Source: a virus | Lineage: Duplodnaviria; Caudoviricetes | DNA length: 62,618 nt | Strand: one strand, 5' to 3' | Virus record (IMG/VR): IMGVR_UViG_3300025151_000036 | Location: 1 to 62,618 of that record | In this document: positions 45,454 through 57,400 of the stretch, one piece after another | Layout of the letters: every line of letters starts with the position of its first letter | Numbering within the stretch: the stretch's first letter is position 1 | Notes under the pieces: generated by a model | What the model saw: only the letters and a program-made list of their open reading frames with translations | Database searches by the model: none | Told to the model about the DNA's origin: nothing | Position numbers and translations under genes: made by a program

Positions 45454-48400
45454 CTAAATACTTGTATCTTCTATTTTAAATGATGTAATATTTAAATTAG
45501 TTGCACTACTTTTTATTCGTATACGACTTAATACTGTTCCTCTAGTAAGTGATGTATTCCATGTACCAAACGACATTCGTATAATATGAGTATTAACTCC
45601 AGAATTAGATGTTACTTCATATTCTGAAACTCCAAATGCAAGAAGTGATGACCAATTTGGTTCGGATGGCGAACCTCTCGATCCTTCATCACCACTACCG
45701 CCGGTTGCAGTTGCCCAATCAGTACCTGGCGTTTCAGTATCAGATACTCCGGCAATGCCTCCTGGAATTTTTACATCTATACGTATTGGCAACCCATCGT
45801 AATGTGCTTGAGTTCCTTCGCCATCTATATCATCTGCATATAAATCAGCACGATCAAAGTTTCCAACTATAGTTATTTGTAATGCTGAATTATTTCCTTT
45901 CTTACCAATGTAAAAACCTCTATAATAATATCTATCACCAGTTGCATTTGAATAATCAATTAAAGTTGGTATACTAGTTACATAATCAGTATTTGGATAT
46001 ATTAACGATCCATACCAAGCAACTTGCAAGTCAGTTGTATCACTTATATTAGCATTTGAATTGTAATCCGCGAAAGCAGAACCGGTCCACCATGCAAAAT
46101 TATTTTTAGTTTGATTACCAGAATATCCTAACCCACCTGGATCGTTACTTGTACTTAAAGTATCAATAGTATTTTTATCCCATCGATAATCTTCAGACCA
46201 AAAATATTCATGTTCATCTGTAGATGCTTGGAATCCGGAACGGTTATCCGAATCGATAAATCGACCTAAATTTATTTCGGTACCAGTAGCATCTTTATCA
46301 AATGAATTTGCTGCACTGTAGTTACGCGAAAAATGTTTTATTGATACGGCACGAATATCTCCAGTTGGTGATACAGTGTTACCGGATGAAAGATCTTTTA
46401 TAGTTGTATCAAAACTTGCCGAATCATTAACAGATGGTAACAAATCACCATCAGTACCAAAATTAAGTCCAGAATCAGTTGTTAAATTATGATCCGTAGC
46501 TAAATTACTGCCGGCAAATAATAAAACGGAATCTGGTGTAGTTTCCATTATGGTATTGGCTTTATCTGGATATGTTGAACCAACAATTCCAGTAAATGCA
46601 TCTTTCAAAGTAATGTTAACATCTTGACCTTTTTCAAAGAAACTTACTCCGGATAAACTAAATGTTGGTTCTGTACCAGTTGTTGAATAACTTGCTGTTG
46701 CCGTTGCACGCGTTATTGGTAAAGTTGTATTATCATCGTAATACCATTCAAATGGTTGCCAATGCTGATTAGGCTTATCATCAGAGAATGAATGAGTGAA
46801 ATCAAGTCTGTTATAGCCATCGTACAATTTATCATCTATTTCAATACGAGCTGACCAACCTTGATATCCATGGCGATAAAACGTTCCAGCGTTATGTATA
46901 CTTTGCGATACTCCATTAAATGGTCGTACCTGCGTTATAATTAATCGACCTTTACCTGAATGCAAGTGATCGCCATTTGGTGCTGCAAATGATGCTGTTC
47001 CTTGATCTGGCCAGATATTATATATAGGTTGCGGACTTTCTTTCCATGATGGAATAAATGATGATGATAAATCATAATTTACTACAACACGTCCATTAAT
47101 TTTAACTATTAAAGATCCACTATCACCAAAATCAAATAACCTGTTATTATCACCATAATTTCCGGTAGATGCCGGAGTGAATGGATTAAACGACATTGAA
47201 TAATTTGTAGGCCCAGTTTCTGTATCTTTTGCCATTACAATATTATCAACAACTGTTCCTGCAGGTTCATTACTTTTATAATTGTTATTTTCAAATCCTT
47301 CTGGTAATGTGGCTCTGTATAATCGTCTAGTATTACCGTCGACGGATGGCACACTTATTCCAGTAGCGCTATATACAATTCCAGTTGTATTATGACTGCC
47401 TGCACCTGCTGCGCCCCAATATTTACCTTCCATACTTTGCGGTTTAGCAGGAATTACTGCAAATGTTAACGGAGAATTGCCAGATGAACCACTACCAGGT
47501 AATATATCAGAACCAGATACATTAATAGTAAAGTATTCTACTTTGGTATAATCATCCATGTAACTATTATATATTGTTAAAGAACCGGTATCCTGGCCAG
47601 AGGCGTTCGCATTTACAGGACTGAAGTCCAGATCTGGATCTGTCTCTTTATATAATATATTTAAATGATCAGGAAATGTTAATACACTTTCTGATGTTAT
47701 GGTCGGTGCTGATGCTGATATACCTGATATTATACCTACTACTAAATTTGATGCTTTATTATATGTAACATACTTATCAATATCTACAGATGATGACCAA
47801 TACACATTAGTTAGAGTCGGCGTTACAAATACAGATGCGGTAGGCGAACCAGTGACTGCTAATATGGCATGTGATAATTCATCCGATGATTTATTGTTTT
47901 CAAATTCATGTTGTATATTGTTAATATTTAACGTTTTTTCACCAGGCGTTGTTTGTATAGGTATAAACGATGATGTATAAGCAACGCTCGAAGAACCATG
48001 TGTATTATACATTTGTTGTGATAAAATTGATGCGATATCGGCAGAACCAGTATGTAATCGTACTGTATGTGATCCACCATATCCAGCAATTGTGAATATA
48101 CTTGCGGTATGATGAGGTCCAAATGGTTCTGCGATATCTGCTAATAATCGTACACTTGTTAATTGTTGTTTTGCAGTTGTATTTGGATATCCGGTATTTG
48201 CTGTATGATCTGTTTCTGTTACAGTATTACCATGCAGTATTGTAGTGGCACGCGATACCGTTCCTACACGTGATCCAGAAAATGTTTCTGCTTCTATGCG
48301 AATATTTGTTATTTCGGTAGGCGGTGTATTAGAAATCTGTATGGTACAATCGTTGGGGGCACCAAATTCAATACCATCAGAATCCATATATATACCAGTA

Positions 48401-51400
48401 ACATCACTTCCAGTTCGGTTGGTAGCGATGGCGAATCCGTAAGTTCCTTCCGCAAATGTGAATCCATCTGTATATGATCCTACATATGTGGTTACATGTT
48501 CACCGGTTGTTGTGTTTAGAACACGCTCAGAACGACTTGCCGTTTCTAGACTTGCGGTATGAAATTTGTAAGCGCGTGATTTGTTTTCTGGACCAGTGTT
48601 ATTACTCATTGTCACTTCGGTCGTGAAATGACGGAATCCTAATGGCTCTGTTATTGTAACGGTTGGTTGTAAACGTATTGCAGCGCTTCCGGACCAGATA
48701 TCACCTATGGTATTGGCATCAGAAGCTGATAAGGTGCGATTGAATCCGTATAATATGTTTTCTTGTCTAAAGCTGGTATTAACACTCGAACTGTAAAATG
48801 TTTCTGTTTCAAAAGTAGTTGCTACTTGGATTGGTTTAGATGCTGATACCACCATGTATAAATTATCTGGCGATGCCTTTGTTACACCGCTATCATCTTT
48901 AGGATTATGAAGTACATTGTTAACTGTGTCAATTTCAATTGCCCAATAACCGTCAGATAAAACTCTTGACGGCGATAATGATTCACCATACCATGATGAT
49001 GTATATGATGATATCAAATGTTTAGTATTAGTATCATATGCAACATTAGAAGATGCAGTTTGAGTTGAACTAGTACTAAATATTATATATTCACCTAATC
49101 CGTCACCGGTGGCAACAGTTACACTTGGTTGTTTATTATATGCGATCATTGAACCAGTATGATGTGGTCCTAATGGTTCTTCAATTTTAGCAAGTATTCG
49201 GAATCGTGTTACTGATTTTTCTGCGAACACAGAATTTAATCCTTCAAATGATGCAGAGTTTGCAAATGATACAGTTTCACCGTATAATATACTACGAGTT
49301 ACAGCGCTATGATTTGCCTGAATTGAATTTTGTATACCTATACCAGAATGACCCACTGTTTCAGTTTCTATCTGCATTTTATGTATAATGGTATTCACAG
49401 TATCATAAACTGTTATATTAACGTCGTTCACATCGCCAATTGTAAACGAATTTTCATTTTCTGGTTCATGTGATATTGTACCGGATGTATATGTCCATAC
49501 AGTGCTGGTAGCTGGCTCGCCTTCCAATGAAGCATATAAACTTTTTCCAAGCCATGATGATGTGTAATGTGATACTAACCTATTTGATGAGTCATATGCG
49601 ATATCAGACGATGCAGTGGTGTTAACAGATGCTGAACTAAAATGTATTGATTCGGATAATACTGTTCCTAGGCCGGCAGCTTCATCTCCTATAACATGAA
49701 TATTATCTACGGCAACATCGCTAGTATAACTAGTACCAGATAAAGAACTTATGTAAAGATAGAAATTACCAGTATTTCTGAGAGAACTAATATCACATTC
49801 TAATCTATAATACTGTCCAGTAAAACGAGTATTAGCATCATAATTAGAACTAGCTAGACCAGAATGTGTATTTCCAGTTATTGGACCATCTACCATATCA
49901 CTACCATTAAAATATTTATAGTCAAGTTCTGTAATACCAGAATCAGAGTCGGCAGACGTTCCATGATAAATTTTTAAAGGCTCAGCAGATGTAGTAGATC
50001 CATGTACCACAAAGTAAAGCACTAATTTTTCATTGGTAGTGTTTTGGTCTAAATTTAATTGCGGAGTTCTCAAAGTAAAAACTTTATTGGTATGATTACT
50101 AGCTTCGGTATGTGCATATCTTTGATTTGCAGTCGAAGATTCTGCATTAGAACTTGTAGCATTTGGTGAAAGACCTCGGGCTGGGCCGGTGTTACTACTG
50201 GCACCATTATAATCTACTTTCCATACAGCGCCGGCGTCACCTACATTTCTGAATTGACCTGGCCCCGTTGTACTAATATTACCGGCCGAAAAATCTTCAA
50301 AACTTTCTACATCTAAATAATGATAAGTACCTGACTCACCGGTGGTAACCCCTGGAGATGTCCATGTTTTATCAAATCGGGAAGCAGTATGTAACGGACC
50401 TACTGGTTCAGTTATAGTTGCTAATATTCTGAACCGAGTAACTGATTGTGATGCATATGTGTCTGCATTCGTGTGTCCTGCAAATGAAGCAGATCCGGTA
50501 CATGTATAGTATTGGTCTCCATATAATACTTTTCTAGTTGTATTTGTTGATGGTTCTCCAGAATATCCATGCGTTTCAGTTTCATACCGTACATTTGTGA
50601 TTTCTGTAGGTGCTGTATTACGAACTGTCATAGTTGTAGCACTTGAATTTGCATTTGTAGGATTTGTTTCTCCTACAGGAACATGTGCTACAAAATTATT
50701 TTGTATAGTCCATGTAGTTTCAGAGTTGCCAGATTCCAATGATTTGGTAACCCATGATGAAGTATATTCTGTAATAAATTCTCCTAATGTGTTAAAAGAT
50801 GAATTTTTTACGACCATATCTATGGATTGCGTACCAAAAATCATATTTTGAGATTTTTGAGTTCCACCAGTAAACAATAATTGAGATATAGATGCAGTAT
50901 GCACTAATGGACCAACCGGTTCTGTTATAGTTACTTTTGTACGGAATCTGGACACCGATTGAGATGCATATGATCCGGAATTAGGATGATTTGCATAACT
51001 TGAAGAATTGATATCAGTTGCCTGATTATTACCATATAGCACAGTACGTACTGTATTTTGTATTGGTTCTCCAGAATATCCAAATGTTTCTGTTTCAGTT
51101 TTATAATTTTCATATTTTGGTGCTGCCGTTGCATATACATTTAATGATGATGTTCTAGATGCAGATGCAAAAGATATTGCACTATTATCTATAGGACTAT
51201 GTATTATTTGTGATGGTCTGTATTGCCATCGTGCAATGTCATCCACATTTGATGATGATAATTGTACACCAAAATATGATGATGTATATGTAGATACTTT
51301 TCTTGTTAAATTATCAAAATATGATTGAGATGACACAATTGCTTCATTATACGTATCTAAACTGAATACAGTGTTATGATAAATTATCGAGTCAATGAAA

Positions 51401-54400
51401 TTTAGTCTGTAAAATTCTATATCGTTTATAAAAATATCAGATGTATTGTGAAATAAAATTTTAAAATAACGATAAGATCGATTCGGTGTAATTGTATTTC
51501 CAATAATATTTTGAATTTCTTCATAAAAGATATTGTCAAAACTAGCTTGTATTTCTATAGGCGATACATTTGCAGGATCAGACAAATCAAATTCAACTCG
51601 GGCTATCATTTGTGGTTCAGCAAATACAATTTGCATTTCATGTGAAGCAACATTTGTTTCATAACTTTGCCCGTTAATAAATGCATTTTCTGGCGATCCG
51701 GCGTTGATTGAATTTACATTAATAATAGATACTTCTGGAGTTGACATATTTTCAATTTTTACAGGTTCGCCTAACGATTTTGGTGTAAATTCTTGTCGTA
51801 TAATTGATCCTGTATGATATGGCCCCATCGGTTCAATTATAGTTGCAAATATTCTGAACCGAGTAACTGATTGAGATGCATATAATGATGCTTTTGCACT
51901 TCCAGACCAATATAAACTTTCTGTAGTTGCTAGTGTATGATGAGGTACACCATACAATACTTTTCGCGAACCAGAGGTAGTACTTATATTAGAATATCCA
52001 TGTGTTTCTGTTTCTAATGCCACATTAGTAAATTGAGTTGGTTGAGTATCATAAACAATGATTGTACTGGATTGGCCTGATGCTGTTGTGAATCCAGTTT
52101 CTCCCGTAGGTGTATGTAAAATACTTCCTGATGTATATGTCCAAGCTTGGCCATTTACATTATCATCTTTTACATATATAGAAGAAGATAATCCAACTCC
52201 TTTCCATTCAGATGTATAATCTACTACTAATCTATTTGACGAGTCATATGCAATTGCAGATGAAGCAGTATCTGTTGATGCGGTACTAAAATGTATCACA
52301 TCAGTCATAATTGGCACAGAACCGGTTTGCCAAACTCTTTCAAATCGAGAAGCAGTATGCAAAGTACCTACTGGCTCTGTTATTTTTGCACGAACTCTAA
52401 ATCTAGTAACTGAATGAGATGCGTATAATGATGCTGATGTATGTGATGCCCAATCTTCTCCAGATTCATTAGACCCAGTACCAGTATTAGTTACTTGTTT
52501 ATCACCGTATAATATTCTACGAATTGTACTTGTCGATGGTATATCCGAATATCCAAATGTTTCTGTTTCATATTTTATATCTGATATTTGAGTTGGTGCT
52601 GTATCATGTACAATTATAGATCCATTCGTTTCATCTTCTTGTATTAACCCATTTTCACCGGAAGTAAGTTCGATAAACTTACCAGTTAAATTATGAGTTT
52701 TTTGATCGCCGGCGATAGTATCAAATTCACGTCCAATAAATGAAGATGTATAAAATGTGACCAACTTATTATCTATGTAAAGAGAAGATGAAGTACCACC
52801 ATTTTCAATCGATCCGGTCTGTATCTCAAAGTTTGTAGTCGTAGTTCCATAAGTAAACTCAGCACGTAATTTATTTACGGCCGGGCCAATTGGTTCTGTT
52901 ACTCGTGCTCTAAATCTAACTCTTGATACTGATTGCGATGCATATGATCCGGAATTAGGATGATTTGCATAACTTGAAGAATTAATATCAGTTGTTTTAT
53001 CATTTCCATATAATACTGTACGTGTACTATTTGATGTTTCTATATTAGAATATCCATGAGTTTCAGTTTCCCAAAATATTTTTTCAATTTTTACTTGTGC
53101 AGTATCATTAACTATTAATTGAGTTGATTCGCCCGATGCCGTTATAAATCCTGGTTCACCGGTAGGTGTATGTAAAATACTTCCTGATGTATATGTCCAT
53201 GTTTTTGGAGCGCCTTCATTTGATGATAATTGCTGGCCAATCCAAGATGATGTGTAATTTACTATTAATCTTTTAGTAGAATCATAATGCAAACTTTGTG
53301 TTAATAAATCATTAGATGCAGTTTGAAAATGTATTACCGAATTAATTATTTCTGAATTATCTGACCATACTTGATCAAATCTTGACGCTGTATGTAATGG
53401 TCCTGCCGGTTCAGTTATTCTTGCGCGAACTCTAAATCTAGTAACTGAATGAGATACGTAAAGCGATGCCGAATCATGGCCATCAAATGATGACGAGTCA
53501 ATATTAGTTACATGCGGATCACCATATAATACAGTACGCATCGCATTTGTACTACCAGTATAAGAATGACCAAACGTTTCAGTTTCATAAATAATATTAT
53601 CAATTGTTGTGTTATCAGTATTTCGAACTGTCACAAATGTCGCAGTAAATGAACTCGAATCTGCAGAATTTTCACCTGGCGGATTATGTGTTACAGAACC
53701 AGTTGATATAGACCAAGGCATTTCTCCTTTTGCATCTGATGTAGTAGTTAATGATTCTCCAATCCATGACGATGTATATTCTGTTACAAATTCTCCTAAT
53801 GTAGTCCAATATGAATGTGATGATTCAAATCCAATTGATTCTGTACTAAATATAATCGTATCTGTTTTACCACCTTGTACTACATTTGACATTGCAAAAG
53901 TTTTTTCAACAATAGATGCTATATGTTGTAATGGTCCTACCGGTTCAGTTATTCTAGCAAGCATACGGAATCGTGATACCGATTGAGATGCATATGTATC
54001 TGCATTTACATGTCCTGCAAATGAAGATGAATCAATAATTGTTTGTGCGTTAACACCATATAATACATCACGTATTGCGTTTTGACTTGGTTCTTTAGAA
54101 TAACCATGAGTTTCTGTTTCAGTTTTAAAGTTTGAAAATACAGTTGGTTGAGTATCATATACAGTAATAGTAGTTGAATTTCCTGATGCGGTTGTGAATC
54201 CATTTTCATTTGTTGGTTCATGTAATATAGAACCAGATGTATATTTCCATTGCTCGCCAGTAACAAAATTATTTGATGTCAATTCTTTACCAATCCAAGA
54301 TGAAGTATAATGTGCAACTAAACGGTTTGAAGAATCATATGCAATTGCAGATGATGCCGTATCAGTAGATGCAGAATTAAAATGTATTACATCCGTTATT

Positions 54401-57400
54401 TGTGATTCATTTAGTGCAGTCCATACTTTTTCAAATCGAGAAGCAGTATGTAGAGGACCTACCGGTTCAGTAATAGTTGCTAATACACGGAATTGAGTCA
54501 CAGATTGTGATGCATATAATGATGCACTTGCATGAGTTGCATATGACGATGAATCTTTATTTGTATGATGTGCAACTCCATACAATACTTTTCTAGTTGT
54601 ATTTGTAGATGGCTCTCCAGAATATCCATGCGTTTCAGTTTCATACCGTACATTTGTTATCTCAGTTGGTACAGTATCACGTATTATCATTGTTGCAGGT
54701 GTAGGCATTCCTTTATCAATTCCATTTTCTTCGCCAGCAAATGTAGATGTAGGAATTGTAGAATCGTCAATAAATACAGCTGTCACTGTTTTGTCTACTC
54801 CTGGAGAGTCTAATGAAATTGATTCTCCATGCCAAGATTCTGTATAATGAGCCACTAATCTTTTTTGTGAATCGTACGCATAATAAATGCTTTCAAAATC
54901 GTCTGAACTAGTATGTGCAGTTAAAGTTCGGTTAGTATTAAATACTCCAATAAATTGCACTGAACCTACTCTAGGACCTACTGGTTCTGTTATACGAGTT
55001 CGCATTCGTATTCGTGACACTGACTGAGATGCATATGCAGACTTTCTTGGATGTCCTTCTAAAGAAGATGAATTTGCTAATGTTGTACGATTACTTCCAT
55101 ATAACACAGTACGCACAGTATTAGTAACTCCAGAGTCAATTGCATTTGACGCGCTATGGCCATATTCTTCAAATTCTTGTATACGATTACTTATTTGTAC
55201 TTGAGCTGTATCATTTACTTTTAATTGAGTTGATTGTCCAGATGAAGTTGTAAATCCACTTAAGTCAATTGGATTATGTGTTATACTTCCTGACGTGTAT
55301 GTCCATGTTTTTGAAGCGTTAATACTTGATGATAATTGACGACCAATCCAAGATGATGTGTAATGTGCCAATAAACGATTAGCCGAATCATATGCAATTG
55401 CAGATGATGCTGTATCAGTTGAACCGGTACTAAAATGTATTACTGAATTAAATGGAGTTTCTCCAGGCGCAGTCCAAACTTTTTCAAATTGCGATGCTAT
55501 ATGATACGGTCCAAATGGCTCTTTAATACTTGCCAATACTCGGAATCGTGATACTGAATGAGATGCATATACTGATGCCGATGTATGGCTAGCAAAAGAT
55601 TCAGAATTTACTAATGTATGCCTAGGTACTCCATACAATACTGTTCTTAATGCATCATAACTTGGTTCTTCAGAATATCCTGATGTTTCAGTCTGATATC
55701 GAATATTTGTTATTTCTGTTGCCGGTGTAGCATTTACAAGAACAGATGCATATATACCGGTATCTGTATTACGGCCAGTATTAGTATCAGAATTAAATGT
55801 TGAACTAAAATTATATGTACCAGGTATTAAATTAAAATCGATCCAAGAAGATGTATAATTACCAACTAATCTATCCTGATCATCGTATACAATTGCCGAT
55901 GATGCCGTTTCTGTGGATCCGGTATAAAATGCAAACGTACGTGTATGTATTCCGCCTTGCAAATCAGAACAATGTAATGTTGAATTCATTTCTGCATGAT
56001 GAGGTCCAAAAGGTTCTGTTATAGTTGCCAATAAACGTACTCTCACAACTGATTCGCTTATATATTCTGCAGTCTTTTCATATCCTTCTAAACTAGATGT
56101 TTCTGCAATTCGTAATGATGATGTATATCCGTACAATACGCTTGCAGTTCTTTCAAATGCTCCAACGCCGGTCAAAAATGATCCAGATTCAACTTCTACA
56201 CGCACATTTGATATTTCAATATTTGGTACTGGCGTTACTGTTAATGTAGTTGTAGGTCCTTGAGGTGCATCAGAAATATGATCATAAGTTCCATGTCGTA
56301 AATTATTTCTGGTATCACCTGAAAAGTTTTTTATTTCTGATGTACCAACTGTATATTGTATTGGCGAAAATCCTAAACTTTCTGTCACATTAGTAAAGTC
56401 AAAATTTGCTCCAAATGCTGATGCAGTTGCACGAAATAAACCGGTAGCTGTACTTCCGCTAAATCTAAAAGTTTTATAATGTAATGCATTATTAGTATCA
56501 CCGGTATCATTTAATTTTATTTCTGTAAAATGTGTTCCATCTGGTTCATAATCCGTAGGCTCTGTTATATCAGCCATTACAGATACACGTACTAATGATG
56601 CGGTATAACGAGGATGTAATCCATCCTTACTAGTACGAGTAGCAGTATCATCATACAGTATTGGGGTAGAAAATGTATCTGTTCCAATACCGGTAAATGA
56701 TCCAGACTCTATATGCGCTCTTATGTTACTAATACTTGCAGTATTTGGTGGCACAATTGACATGCTATATTCTAAAGATGAAGAATGATCTACGTACCAG
56801 TTATCAAACAATGTTATTGTGAAACGTTCTTCGCGTGGTTGTATTGATTCTGCATGAATAGTATTACCATTTGTGACATCATAATTAGAAATACTCGCAG
56901 TAAATGCTAACACAGAATTTGGTATTGGTGATGATAATGGTCCGGCTCCATACACTGCAGTAGGATTAGTTGGATCGACAGATCCTGTAGCAATTAAATT
57001 ATCCGAATCTGCAATATTCAATTGATGATGTTTCATTGTCAAATCATATGCAGCTGTAGTTGTTGATGGTGTTCCTGGATCAGATGTGGATCGACTCGCA
57101 GAAAATACTCTAATATAATCACCTTCTCCTTGATTTGGTTCAAAAGATTCGGTAAAATGTAATATATGTGTTAATGAGTTTTGATCATGTCCAATTTGCA
57201 CAACACCAAAAGATTGTGACGGTGCAACAATTGTTGGTTCTACATTAACATATCCTTTAATAAATGCAGATGTATACACTGCATGAGTCTCACCAGCACT
57301 ACCAGTATTTGTAGCGTAAACAATATATCTATGTACACCAGAAGCTAAATCATTTGTAAATGGTTTTACGCCAGCTGTATCAGGCGGAACTGTCCTATCC

